Assembly (NCBI GenBank): GCA_963748215.1
Contig: CAVVHS010000005.1
Location: forward strand, 32,001-96,000
Reading direction: 5' to 3'
From: an uncultured Gammaproteobacteria bacterium
GTDB taxonomy: Bacteria; Pseudomonadota; Gammaproteobacteria; UBA9214
DNA: 64,000 bases
Shown here in pieces: positions 51,989-62,074 of the stretch (the first letter of the stretch is position 1; every line of letters begins with the position of its first letter). The notes beneath the pieces were generated by a model. The model made no database searches. It was not told where the DNA came from and saw only the letters and a program-made list of their open reading frames with translations. Made by a program: the position numbers and the translations under genes.

Positions 51989-53308
51989 TCAGCTGTCCTG
52001 GGTTGGCGGGATGCGCAGGGTATCGCCGACCCGCAGCGTGTCGGTCTTCAGGCTGTTGTAGCCGCGCAGACTGTTGAGCGAAACGCTGAATTGCTGTGCG
52101 ATATCGCTCAGGGTATCGCCGCGCTTGATCACGTAGTTGCGCGCCATCAGCGTGCCGGGCGGCGGATGCTTGCCGAAATAGTCACGAATCCCGCGCAGCA
52201 TGGAGGTCGCCAGCTGCTGCTGATGTTTCGCGTCGCGCAGCTTCTGCTCTTCCGCCGGATTGGAGATAAACGCCGTTTCGACCAGGATGGAGGGAATATC
52301 CGGCGATTTCAGCACCACGAAGCCGGCTTGCTGTACGCTTGATTTATGCGTCTTGCCCATGCGCTTGAGCTCACCGAGCATGTTGTCGGCAACGGAAAAA
52401 CTCGCCTCCAGCGTCGCGGTCTGCGACAGGTCCAGCAGCACCTCGCGCAGCAGGTCATCCTTGTCGTCCAGGCTCACGCCGCCCACCAGGTCGGCGGCGT
52501 TTTCGCGCGCCGCCAGCACCCGCGCCATTTCCGAGGAAGCACCACCCCGCGACAGCACGTAGACCGAGGAACCTGAGGCACGGTGATCCTTGAAGCCATC
52601 GGCATGGATCGAAATGAACAGGTCGGCCTTGTGCTTGCGCGCCTTTTCGATGCGCTGGCGCAGGCCGACGTAATAGTCGCCTTCGCGAATCAGCACCGGC
52701 CGCATGCCCGGCTCCTTCTCCACCAGGCGGGCCAGACGCTTGGCGATGGCCAGCACCACGTCCTTTTCACGTGTCTTGCGCCGGCCGACCGCACCCGGGT
52801 CGTCGCCGCCGTGGCCGGCGTCGATTGCGATCACCAGGTCACGCGCCGTATCGGGCGGTGTGATCATGGCCTGCTTGATATCCCGCTTCACGGGCGCCGT
52901 GGCAGTACGGGTCGCTGCCGCGGCCGGGTCATCCGCATACAGGTCGATGACCAGGCGATGGCCGTACTGGCCGTTCGGCGTGAGGTGAAAGCTGCGCGGC
53001 TTGGCCGCCGTAGTGAGATCGAGCACGATGCGCAGGGTGTCCGGTTTGTTTTTTGCCGCGCGGATGCCCTTGATCACCCCGCCGGTGGCCTGCAGGGCCG
53101 CTGGCGCCTGCGCCGACGGCACATCGACCACCAGCCGATGCGGATTCTGCAGGGTGAGCAGCTTATGGGTGACCGGGCCGCTGGTGTCGAAGACTACCCG
53201 GGTGTGGTCGGGGGCCGCCCACAGGCGTACGCTCAAAAAGTCTGCGTCAGCGAACGCAACTCCCTGTCCTGCAACCAGAAAACACAATCCTGTGAGCAGT
53301 TTTCGCAC
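51989..53308 (-). CDS. N-acetylmuramoyl-L-alanine amidase (AMIN + Amidase_3 + LysM; AmiB/AmiC-type)
   Basis: DAGHGGDDPGA, FISIHAD, VLKSPDIPSILVETAFISN, C-terminal LysM; GTG start. Confidence 0.95.
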   Translation of the reverse strand: MRKLLTGLCFLVAGQGVAFADADFLSVRLWAAPDHTRVVFDTSGPVTHKLLTLQNPHRLVVDVPSAQAPAALQATGGVIKGIRAAKNKPDTLRIVLDLTTAAKPRSFHLTPNGQYGHRLVIDLYADDPAAAATRTATAPVKRDIKQAMITPPDTARDLVIAIDAGHGGDDPGAVGRRKTREKDVVLAIAKRLARLVEKEPGMRPVLIREGDYYVGLRQRIEKARKHKADLFISIHADGFKDHRASGSSVYVLSRGGASSEMARVLAARENAADLVGGVSLDDKDDLLREVLLDLSQTATLEASFSVADNMLGELKRMGKTHKSSVQQAGFVVLKSPDIPSILVETAFISNPAEEQKLRDAKHQQQLATSMLRGIRDYFGKHPPPGTLMARNYVIKRGDTLSDIAQQFSVSLNSLRGYNSLKTDTLRVGDTLRIPPTQDS

Positions 53309-53451
53309 GGTTCTCGCGCCCCCTATACCCTGACCATTTTAGGGGATTCTAGCCATAAACGACGGGGAATTGCAACAAATATTGTTTATTCTCCTCAAGA
53401 TAGCGCTCAAACCTGTGCGTCAAGAAGAGGTCACGTAGCTAACGAACTCAA

Positions 53452-53904
53452 TCACAACGACTCGAACAAATCCAACATATGCCGTCCACGGACACTTGCA
53501 GACACCAGATCGACGCTTCGCCCCCCGTTGGCAGGGGCGATCCTGACGACCAGGTCCGGCGCCGGCAGGCTGCCGGCGCCACGCTCCGGCCACTCGATCA
53601 GGAGCAGCGTTCCGGGATCCAGCATGTCGCGCAGACCGAGCCACTCCAGCTCCTCGGGATCGGCCAGCCGGTACAGGTCCAGGTGGTACACCATGCCCTG
53701 CGCGACCGGGTACGGCTCGACCAGCGTATAGGTCGGACTGCGCACGCTGCCTGCGTGACCCAGTCCGTGCAGGATGCCGCGCGCCAGCGTGGTCTTTCCC
53801 GCGCCGAGGTTGCCCTCGAGAAAGACGATGCCGCTGTCCAGCACGCGTGCCAGGCGCCCCCCGAGCGCCGCCATGGCGGCGGCATCCGCGACCTCGATGT
53901 TCAT
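53452..53904 (-). CDS. tsaE: tRNA threonylcarbamoyladenosine biosynthesis ATPase
   Basis: GNLGAGKTT, SPTYTLVEPY, HLDLYRL, IEWPE. Confidence 0.95.
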   Translation of the reverse strand: MNIEVADAAAMAALGGRLARVLDSGIVFLEGNLGAGKTTLARGILHGLGHAGSVRSPTYTLVEPYPVAQGMVYHLDLYRLADPEELEWLGLRDMLDPGTLLLIEWPERGAGSLPAPDLVVRIAPANGGRSVDLVSASVRGRHMLDLFESL

Positions 53905-55403
53905 TCCTGGCAAGCAGCGATCACGGCACGCAATGCACCGATGACATCGCGCGCGAGCAGGCCGCGCTCCCCGCCGCGCGCGGCATGGTCGGCGGCCCGG
54001 GCATGCAGGCAGACGCCGGTAACCGCCGCCTCAGGCAATGCCATGCCCTGGGCCAGCAAGGCGCCCAGCAACCCGCTGAGCACGTCGCCCATGCCGCCGG
54101 AGGCCATGCCGGGATTGCCGGCCGCACAGATCACCGGCACGCGGCCGGGTGCCTGCACGATGCTGCCGGCCCCTTTCAGCACCGTCACCCCGCCGTAACG
54201 CGCGCTGATTGACTGCGCCGCGGCGAAGCGGTCGGCCTGTACGGCCCGGCTGTCGAGGCCTGCCAGGCGCGCGGCCTCGCCCGGGTGCGGTGTGAGAATA
54301 CTGTGTGCGCACACCACCGGATCCTGCGCCAGCAGGTTGAGGGCATCGGCATCGATCACGCGTGGCTGCCGGGTGGTCAGCACGCAGGCCAGCAGGTCCT
54401 GTGCCCAGGATGAACGACCCAGACCGGGTCCGATCACGATGACCGTGGCCTTCACCAGCAAGGGTTGCAGGTCGCGCGCGGTGGCCACGCCGTGACACAT
54501 CAGCTCCGGACAGCCGGCGCTGATCCAGGCGGCATGCTCCGGGCGCGTCGCCACGCTCACCAGTCCGGCACCGCTACGCAAGGCCGCCTCGCCGGCCAGG
54601 CGCGCGGCCCCGGCCATACCATGATCGCCGCCGATCACCAGCACATGCCCGAAGTCCCCCTTGTGCGCCGTGCGCGCCCGCGGCGTGGACAGCAGGCCAT
54701 CGGGCGGTCCGTGCCGCAGCTCGGCCGCCGGCGCGACGCGCTGCAACACGCCGCCCGGTATATCGAGATCGGCACAGACGATAGTGCCGCACTGCGCCGG
54801 CCCCGCGCCCGTGTACAGCCCCGGCTTGTGACCGATAAAGGTCACCGTCAACTGCGCACGAACGGCGGTGTCCGCCACGTGGCCGGTATCGGCGTGCAGG
54901 CCACTGGGAATATCCATGGCCATGACCGGCACGCCCGCTCCATTGATGGTATCGATCACCTCGATCCAGTGCGTGTCGAGGCGGCCGGCGAAGCCGGTGC
55001 CCAGCAAGGCGTCGACGATGAGGTCCGCATCCGCCAGTGTGGCGGCATCGAATGGTGCCACGCTGCCGCCGGCCTCCAGCCAGGCGCTGCGCGCTGTCAG
55101 GGCATCGCCGCGGATACGCTGTTCATCGCCCAGCTGCAGCACCCGCACGCTGCGCCCGTCCGCACGCGCCAACCGCGCCAGCACATAGCCGTCACCGCCG
55201 TTGTTGCCGGCCCCGCACAGCACGACCAGCGTGCGCGCCTGTGGCCAGCGCGTGCGCAAGGCTGTCCAGGCCGCGCCGGCGGCCCGCTGCATCAGGGTGT
55301 AGCCGGGAATACCGGCCGCCTCGATGGCGAGCCGGTCCAGCTCGCGCATCTGCGCCGCGCGGTAGAGCGGGATGCCGTCGCCTGTCAGGGTGTTCGCCGT
55401 CAT
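53901..55403 (-). CDS. nnr: Bifunctional NAD(P)H-hydrate epimerase/dehydratase
   Basis: GAGNNGGDG, DALLGTG, DIPSG, HKGDFG, GPGLG, DADAL, TPHPGEA, GGMGDVL. Confidence 0.96.
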   Translation of the reverse strand: MTANTLTGDGIPLYRAAQMRELDRLAIEAAGIPGYTLMQRAAGAAWTALRTRWPQARTLVVLCGAGNNGGDGYVLARLARADGRSVRVLQLGDEQRIRGDALTARSAWLEAGGSVAPFDAATLADADLIVDALLGTGFAGRLDTHWIEVIDTINGAGVPVMAMDIPSGLHADTGHVADTAVRAQLTVTFIGHKPGLYTGAGPAQCGTIVCADLDIPGGVLQRVAPAAELRHGPPDGLLSTPRARTAHKGDFGHVLVIGGDHGMAGAARLAGEAALRSGAGLVSVATRPEHAAWISAGCPELMCHGVATARDLQPLLVKATVIVIGPGLGRSSWAQDLLACVLTTRQPRVIDADALNLLAQDPVVCAHSILTPHPGEAARLAGLDSRAVQADRFAAAQSISARYGGVTVLKGAGSIVQAPGRVPVICAAGNPGMASGGMGDVLSGLLGALLAQGMALPEAAVTGVCLHARAADHAARGGERGLLARDVIGALRAVIAACQE

Positions 55404-55469
55404 GAGCTGCCTTGCAATTGCGGAGAATACGGCAACATACTCTGAAGCCGACCGCCAAATCCAGTCCTC

Positions 55470-56549
55470 ATGAGCCACCCACCCGCAGCTGACAACCCGA
55501 TCGATTACGGCGCACTGGCCGCACAAATCCGGTCCTGGGCCCTTGAGCTCGGCTTTCAGCAGGCCGGTATCGCCGGCATCGAGCTGGCCGCGGACGAGTT
55601 GCGCCTGCTCGAGTGGCTGCGTGCCGGGCATCACGGCGAGATGGACTACATGGCGCGTCACGGGACGCGGCGCAGCCGGCCGGCGGAACTGCTGCCGGGC
55701 ACACTGCGGGTCATTACGCTGCGCATGGATTACTGGCCCGGCACGGCCCGCCCCGCCGGGGCGGTGCTCGACGATCCGCAGCGCGGTTATGTGTCGCGCT
55801 ACGCGCTTGGCCGCGACTACCACAAGCTCGTCAGGCAGCGCCTGCAGCGGCTGGCCGACCGCATCAGCGCCGTGACCGGCCCGTTCGGCTACCGCGCCTT
55901 CACCGACAGCGCGCCGGTGCTGGAAAAGCCGCTGGCGCGCAACGCGGGCCTGGGCTGGATCGGCAAGCACACCAACCTGATCAACGAACGCGCCGGCTCC
56001 TGGTTCTTTCTCGGCGAGCTGTATACCGACCTGCCATTACCCATGGACCGGCCCGCGGACGACCACTGCGGCGACTGCCACGCCTGCATCGACGCCTGCC
56101 CGACCGGTGCGATCATCGCACCCTACACCCTCGATGCGCGGCGCTGCATTTCCTACCTGACTATCGAGCTGCGCGGCCCGATCCCGGAGCCGTTACGCCC
56201 GCTGATCGGCAACCGCATCTACGGCTGTGATGACTGCCAGCTGGTCTGCCCCTGGAACCGCTTCGCCCGGCCGACCGGCGAACGTGACTTTGCACCGCGG
56301 CACGCGCTCGATGCCGGGACACTCGTGGAACTGTTCGAATGGAGTGCGCAGGACTTCGACCGGCATACCCGCGGCAGCGCGATTCGTCGTATCGGCCACG
56401 ATTGCTGGCTGCGCAATATCGCCGTGGCACTGGGCAACGCGCCCGCCGCGCCGGCGATCATCGCCGCCCTCGAGCGCCGCAGGGCGCACCCTTCCGCCCT
56501 GGTGCGCGAACATGTCGAGTGGGCGTTAGGCCGTCACGACAGCGCGTGA
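55470..56549 (+). CDS. queG: Epoxyqueuosine reductase
   Basis: SRYALGRDYH, DSAPVLEK, CGDCHACIDACPT, YGCDDCQLVCPWN. Confidence 0.97.
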   Translation: MSHPPAADNPIDYGALAAQIRSWALELGFQQAGIAGIELAADELRLLEWLRAGHHGEMDYMARHGTRRSRPAELLPGTLRVITLRMDYWPGTARPAGAVLDDPQRGYVSRYALGRDYHKLVRQRLQRLADRISAVTGPFGYRAFTDSAPVLEKPLARNAGLGWIGKHTNLINERAGSWFFLGELYTDLPLPMDRPADDHCGDCHACIDACPTGAIIAPYTLDARRCISYLTIELRGPIPEPLRPLIGNRIYGCDDCQLVCPWNRFARPTGERDFAPRHALDAGTLVELFEWSAQDFDRHTRGSAIRRIGHDCWLRNIAVALGNAPAAPAIIAALERRRAHPSALVREHVEWALGRHDSA

Positions 56550-58501
56550 TGGCGGCACCCGCGGTGCCGGCGCGCGAGAAAGACCAGCGCCGCGAGCATC
56601 AGCCCGGGTAACAGGGGATCGATCCGGCCCGCACTCCCCAGGCTGCAGCCGCCGCCACCAGCACTCGCAGCCAAGGGCGCAGCCGGAGGCGCCGCGACCG
56701 GCACGGTCACGACCCGGCTGTCGCTCGCCAGCGTCTCGGCGGTGGGTGGATTGTTCTGGTACAGCGCCTTGAAATCGATCACCCGCGCGTTGTTGCTGCT
56801 CAGGCCCAGGACGAAGCCGGGGCGGATCGTCTGGAACAGCAGCTCCGCATCGACGGTATATGGCCCGTTCGCGCCGCCTGTCGGGACACGGTAATGGACG
56901 GTGTCGGAGCCGGTGCCCTCCACCGGCCCGGCCAGGTTGAAATCGTTGTCGCCGGCAGTGCCAACCGGCAGCGTCTGCGGTTCGATCGCATTCGCCATGG
57001 CCGTGGTGAACCCTTCCGGCGGCAGGCGGTTGTCCTTCAGATACGCTTCGGCGTACAGCACGATATAGGTGATGTCGGCATTGGTATCACCCAGCACGGC
57101 TTCGTACACCGCGACCTGTGACGCATTGTCGATGACATCGCGATGCGGCTCGTAGCAGGCACTGCTGTCGAAATTCTGCGGCTTGGTCGCCGCCAGGCAT
57201 CCCGCCGCCAGGTGCGCGGCATCGGTGGTGATGCGGCCATTGGCATCGACCGCGCCCGACTCGAAAATGACCTGGTTGGCCGCATCCCTCACCGTCAGGT
57301 GTATCCAGGCGCGTCGACTGGGAAAGCCGCTCGGAAACTTGTGACCGGTGCGGTTGGTGATTTGCACATCGATAGCCAGCTCGTTATTGGCAATGTTCGC
57401 CGCATTGATCACCAGGTCGGCCGTTGCCGTCTGCAGCAGGTTGCGGGTCACGGCGATCTGCGCATCGAACCCGGCCACGGTGGTGCTGGCGTCGATACCC
57501 AGCTGCACACGATTGTCCCGTAGCAGCTCGAGCAGGTAGGTGTTGCCACCGGCAAGGATATGGCTGAAGTACGGACTGCGCACCGGCCAGTTTTCGTTGA
57601 CCGCGCCATTCGGCTGGACACTGATGCGGGTACTGTACAGACCGGGATCCGGCTCGGGCATGTGGCAGCCCTGGCATTCCTGCGCCTTGGCCGCACCCGT
57701 GGTGTAGACGCTGTTTTGCCATTCGAGGAACGCGCCCTGCTCCAGAAAATCATTGCCCGTGGCGGTATCGGTATTGATGTCCACGACCGGTGTATACAGG
57801 GTGTGGCAGGTGGCACAGTGGCCGGATCCGGTCACCTGCTGGCCGAACTGCGGCGTGTAGCCGGTGTTGTTGAACATGACATTTGCGCCACCCGGGTGGG
57901 GGTTTTGATACGGCCCGTAAATGGTCATGGCATCCGCGTCGCCGGGCGCCGGGATCTGGAAGCCACCTGTGAAAGATGCCGCGGTGCCGAGGCCGGCGTC
58001 CCTGACCTGGTGACAGAGCGTGCAGCTGACCCCTTCCCGCGCGGGGTCCTGCGCCTCGGCCGTCGCCAGCCGGTAGCAGCCATCGTTCAGCGTGCAGCTG
58101 GCATCCTGGGTCAGATCGACGCCGGCCATGTGGGCATGCGTGCGGGCCATGGGCGTATGGCAGGTCAGGCACTTGTCCTCGATAAACCCGGCCAGCGCCG
58201 GCAGCACGGCAGCCTCGTCTTCAACGGCGGCACGGAAATAGGGATCATCCAGGGCATGCGCCATGACGCTGTGCTGCCACTGGCTCGGCGGGCTGACATC
58301 CGCGCCGCTGTCGGATGCGGGATAGCGCATCACGGGAGAAATATTAACGTCCTGATCGCTGCTGGCGCGATGGCAGCGGGCGCAGTTGCTTGCGGCGCTG
58401 AACACACCGAGCGTGCCCCAGTCGGGATCGAACGGCACGGCCTGTACGCCGGTGGCGCAAGCCGCGAGCATGATGACGACCAGCCCGTTGAATGTGTGCA
58501 T
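56534..58501 (-). CDS. Secreted five-heme cytochrome c with C-terminal GlyGly/JDVT-CTERM-like membrane anchor
   Basis: CXXCH x5 (CARCH, CLTCH, CTLCH, CATCH, CQGCH); signal peptide; tail GGGGCSLG...DPLLPGLMLAALVFLARRHR; RBS AGGAGG. Confidence 0.9.
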   Translation of the reverse strand: MHTFNGLVVIMLAACATGVQAVPFDPDWGTLGVFSAASNCARCHRASSDQDVNISPVMRYPASDSGADVSPPSQWQHSVMAHALDDPYFRAAVEDEAAVLPALAGFIEDKCLTCHTPMARTHAHMAGVDLTQDASCTLNDGCYRLATAEAQDPAREGVSCTLCHQVRDAGLGTAASFTGGFQIPAPGDADAMTIYGPYQNPHPGGANVMFNNTGYTPQFGQQVTGSGHCATCHTLYTPVVDINTDTATGNDFLEQGAFLEWQNSVYTTGAAKAQECQGCHMPEPDPGLYSTRISVQPNGAVNENWPVRSPYFSHILAGGNTYLLELLRDNRVQLGIDASTTVAGFDAQIAVTRNLLQTATADLVINAANIANNELAIDVQITNRTGHKFPSGFPSRRAWIHLTVRDAANQVIFESGAVDANGRITTDAAHLAAGCLAATKPQNFDSSACYEPHRDVIDNASQVAVYEAVLGDTNADITYIVLYAEAYLKDNRLPPEGFTTAMANAIEPQTLPVGTAGDNDFNLAGPVEGTGSDTVHYRVPTGGANGPYTVDAELLFQTIRPGFVLGLSSNNARVIDFKALYQNNPPTAETLASDSRVVTVPVAAPPAAPLAASAGGGGCSLGSAGRIDPLLPGLMLAALVFLARRHRGCRHHALS

Positions 58502-58538
58502 CGATCCCCCTCCTGCGGCAACAGCAGATTTGAATGGT

Positions 58539-58557
58539 GATAAGCAAAATCATTATC
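58539..58557. promoter_or_regulatory. Fur box upstream of multiheme cytochrome
   Basis: GATAAGCAAAATCATTATC, 16/19 to GATAATGATAATCATTATC, 38 bp upstream of the start codon. Confidence 0.7.
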
Positions 58558-58755
58558 ACCGGCATTTATGCCAACCGCATTGAGGATGATCATAATTAGG
58601 CCGAATTCGTGCCACAGTCTCGCCATGCCAATCGTGCCGGATCATTGACGGCGGCAAGACCGGCTACTGCTGCGGCCACCGCCTGGCCTGGGGCCGCACG
58701 CGGCATGCGCGCAACGGGGAATGGCACAGGACGCCTGGCCCCGCGTATCGACACA

Positions 58756-59616
58756 TCAGGACAACCGGTTTTTCAGCTCCAGACCGTACTCGTACAGCCG
58801 GTTTTTCGAGACGCCACTGATGCCGGCCGCCAGTGCCGCGGCCTGCCGGAGCGGCAGTTGCCCGAGCAGGACCTCGAGCGTGTGGCGTGCGGCCTCATCC
58901 AGCTGGTCCGGATCGTGCGCCGCGCCCTGCACCAGCACCACGAACTCACCCTTTTGCTGATCGGTATCGTGGCGCAACCGCTCGAGCAACTCCGCCAGGG
59001 TTCCCTCGATGAGGGTTTCAAAGGTCTTCGTCAACTCGCGCGCGATTACCGCATGACGTGCCGCATCCAGGCAGTCCGCCATATCGACCAGGCTATCGAG
59101 GATGCGGTGGCTGGATTCGTAGAACACCAGCGTGACCTCCGAGCCGCGCAATGCCTGCAGGCGTTGCCGGCGCGCCGCCTGCCGGGGTGGCAGAAAACCC
59201 TCGAACAGAAAACGGTCCGTCGGTAACCCGGACACGGAGAGTGCGGCCACCAGCGCCGACGGCCCGGGCACCGGTACCACGCGCACGCCGGCCTGGCGCG
59301 CCGCGCGCACCAGCACGAATCCGGGATCGCTGATCAACGGCGTGCCGGCATCGGATACCAGTGCAATCCGTTCCCCGGCCAGGAGCCGGTCCAGCAGCCG
59401 TCTGCTGATATCGCGCTCATTGTGCTCGTGCAATGCCAGCAGCGGCGTGGCAATGCCGTAGTGCGCGAACAGCTTGCGGGTATGCCGGGTATCCTCGGCC
59501 GCAACCCGATTCACCGACTTGAGGGTATCGACGGCACGCCATGTCATGTCCTGCAAATTGCCGATCGGCGTCGCAACGATATACAGCACACCTTTTTCAG
59601 TCGCGTCTCGGGACAT
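58756..59616 (-). CDS. rsmI: 16S rRNA C1402 2'-O-methyltransferase
   Basis: LYIVATPIGNL, AEDTRHT, VSDAGTPLISDPG, RELTKTFE. Confidence 0.97.
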   Translation of the reverse strand: MSRDATEKGVLYIVATPIGNLQDMTWRAVDTLKSVNRVAAEDTRHTRKLFAHYGIATPLLALHEHNERDISRRLLDRLLAGERIALVSDAGTPLISDPGFVLVRAARQAGVRVVPVPGPSALVAALSVSGLPTDRFLFEGFLPPRQAARRQRLQALRGSEVTLVFYESSHRILDSLVDMADCLDAARHAVIARELTKTFETLIEGTLAELLERLRHDTDQQKGEFVVLVQGAAHDPDQLDEAARHTLEVLLGQLPLRQAAALAAGISGVSKNRLYEYGLELKNRLS

Positions 59617-59729
59617 GGCAGCCGCATCCTAGCAGAGATAGCCACCTGCGGTCGGCCGGCACGGTTAAAAGTGGACGCCACAGCCGCTTTTCAGTAGAGT
59701 CTGCCGCACATCCATGCGCCTGATTTCAC

Positions 59730-61631
59730 ATGACTGTTTTCACGTTTAACTGGAGAATCCGGCTGTGTGCCGGCCTGCTGGCCGCCCTGCTCGCCGGGTG
59801 CGGTGGCATGCCCCCGCTCGTCAAACCCGGCACCGACCGCTTGCAGACGCAGGCGCAGGCACTGGAGGACGCCGGCAACTACCAGGGTGCCGCGCAGGTC
59901 TACCTGCAGGCCGCGACCGGGGCGGCCATCCCGGAAAAATACCGCCTGCAACTGCTCGCCGCGGGCAGCCTGATCCGTGGCAACGAGCTGGCGAGCGCCG
60001 CGCCCCTGCTTGACCAGCTGCAGGCGGCGGGTCTTACCGGTGTCCTGCAGCAGCACTACGACATTCGGCGCGCGGCGCTGGAACTTGCCCAGCAGCATCC
60101 GGAACAGGCACTGGCCCTGCTGCAGACCCCACCGGCCGATGAAACCTTGCGGATCGAGTATCACCGGCTGCGCGCCGAGGCCCTGCTGCAGAATTCGCAG
60201 TTTTTCCCCAGTGCCCGGGAACGTATCCTGCTCGACCCCCTGCTGAGCGATCCCGCACAGCAGCTGGCCAACCAGCGCGCGCTCTGGGACGCACTCAACA
60301 ACCTGACCGACAACGAATTGCAGCAGCTGCGCAAGGCACCACCACCCGACGCGCTGAGCGGCTGGATGGAGCTGGTCGAACTCACGCGCCTGTACCTGCA
60401 GCAGCCGGATGCCCTGGCCGAGGTGATTCCGCACTGGCAGCAGCGCTATCCCGAACATCCGGCCAGCCGCCAGTTCACCGCGCGGCTGCTGGAGACCATG
60501 CGCACCGCCGGGCAAGCGCCGGAACAGGTGGCAGTCCTGCTACCGCTGCAGGGCGAGCTTGCCGAGGTCGCCGGCGCCGTGCGCGACGGCATACTGGCTG
60601 CCTACTACGACACGCCCGAGGGCAGCAAGCGCCCGGTGTTGCGTATCTACGATTCCGGCACCTCGCCCGACCAGGCCGTCGCGGCCTACCAGCAGGCGGT
60701 GGCCGACGGGGCACGCTTCGTGATCGGCCCGCTGCGCAAGGAAGCGGTGGATGCGCTGGCGGGCCTGCAACCGCTGACGGTCCCGGTGCTCGGACTGAAC
60801 CAGAGTGAGGACCAAGGCCTCATGAATCCGGGCCTGTACCAGTTCGGCCTGGCGCCGGAGGACGAGGCCCGCGAGGCGGCGCGCCTGGCGTGGCGCAACG
60901 GCCTGACACGCAGTGTTGCACTGCTGCCGGACAATGACTGGGGTGAACGTGTCTACAGCGCGTTCGCCGATGAATGGCAGGCACTGGGCGGACGTATCCT
61001 GGAAACCGGGCGCTACAACGACAGCGAGGCCGACCACGGCAAGGTCATCAGCGCCCTGCTGAACCTGGATGCGAGCAAGGCACGTTACCAGCAACTCGCC
61101 CGGGCACTGGGTACGCGTCTGGAATTCGAACCGCGGCGCCGCCAGGATATCGATTTCGTATTCCTGATCGCCTCCCCCAGGCAGGCACGCCTGATCCGCC
61201 CGCAGCTCAGCTTCTACCACGCCTCCTCCCTGCCCGTGTATGCCACCTCGCGCGTGTACACCGGCATCCCCGACGACGCGCGGGACAGCGACATGAACGG
61301 CATCGTCTTCTGCGACATGCCGTGGACACTCGAGAGCCGCGAGAACTGGTCACACCTGCAGGGCTCGGTCGCGGAATTCTGGCCGGACAGCAGCAGCCGC
61401 TATGCCCGCCTGCTGGCGCTGGGTATCGATGCCTACCGCATCATTCCCTACCTCGGCGAACTCGGCAACAACATGCCCGGTGCCTACCACGGCGTCACCG
61501 GCAACCTGTCGCTGGGCGAGCACGGCCGGCTCAATCGAACACTGCGCTGCGCCCGTTTCCAGGACGGCGTGCCCGTGCTGCTCGAGCAGACCACCAGCGA
61601 CAGCGCGACGGACAGCGGCGGCTTGCGTTGA
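59730..61631 (+). CDS. lpoA: Penicillin-binding protein activator lipoprotein LpoA (LppC family)
   Basis: Lipobox LAGC; VLLPLQG, IGPLRK, FGLAPEDEA, RRRQDID, LGIDAY. Confidence 0.93.
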   Translation: MTVFTFNWRIRLCAGLLAALLAGCGGMPPLVKPGTDRLQTQAQALEDAGNYQGAAQVYLQAATGAAIPEKYRLQLLAAGSLIRGNELASAAPLLDQLQAAGLTGVLQQHYDIRRAALELAQQHPEQALALLQTPPADETLRIEYHRLRAEALLQNSQFFPSARERILLDPLLSDPAQQLANQRALWDALNNLTDNELQQLRKAPPPDALSGWMELVELTRLYLQQPDALAEVIPHWQQRYPEHPASRQFTARLLETMRTAGQAPEQVAVLLPLQGELAEVAGAVRDGILAAYYDTPEGSKRPVLRIYDSGTSPDQAVAAYQQAVADGARFVIGPLRKEAVDALAGLQPLTVPVLGLNQSEDQGLMNPGLYQFGLAPEDEAREAARLAWRNGLTRSVALLPDNDWGERVYSAFADEWQALGGRILETGRYNDSEADHGKVISALLNLDASKARYQQLARALGTRLEFEPRRRQDIDFVFLIASPRQARLIRPQLSFYHASSLPVYATSRVYTGIPDDARDSDMNGIVFCDMPWTLESRENWSHLQGSVAEFWPDSSSRYARLLALGIDAYRIIPYLGELGNNMPGAYHGVTGNLSLGEHGRLNRTLRCARFQDGVPVLLEQTTSDSATDSGGLR

Positions 61632-61984
61632 CCAGCGTGACCGCCGCCCGCGGCAGGGACGCGGAACAGCACGCCCGGGAACACCTGCAGGCACACGGAC
61701 TGAAGCTGTTGCAATGCAACTACCACAGCCGGCACGGCGAGATCGACCTGGTCATGCAGGACCGGGACAGCGTGGTCTTCGTTGAGGTACGATACCGCCG
61801 CCAGGCGTGCTTTGGCTCGGCGGCCGAAAGTGTGGACCGGCGCAAGCAGTCGCGTCTCATCGCCTGTGCGCAACACTACCTGCAGACACATCCGCACAGC
61901 GCCAGGCTGCCCTGCCGATTCGATGTGGTCACGATCAACGGCAACGACAGCCTGGACTGGATCAGGAATGCATTCAGCGCATGA
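61628..61984 (+). CDS. yraN: YraN-family putative endonuclease
   Basis: GRDAEQ, GEIDLVM, VFVEVRYR, CRFDVV, WIRNAF; TTG start overlapping lpoA stop. Confidence 0.9.
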   Translation: MTSVTAARGRDAEQHAREHLQAHGLKLLQCNYHSRHGEIDLVMQDRDSVVFVEVRYRRQACFGSAAESVDRRKQSRLIACAQHYLQTHPHSARLPCRFDVVTINGNDSLDWIRNAFSA

Positions 61985-62074
61985 AGACACCGCGCCGCGG
62001 AACAACCGCCCGGACGCGGGGTCGCATAGCGAGTGATAACCGATAACCGCAGCATCGAGAGGAGAATCCCTTAC

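Noticed and set aside
55404-55970. N-terminal extension of the nnr ORF to 689 aa
   Set aside because: Extension overlaps queG on the opposite strand; Nnr similarity begins at ATG 55403
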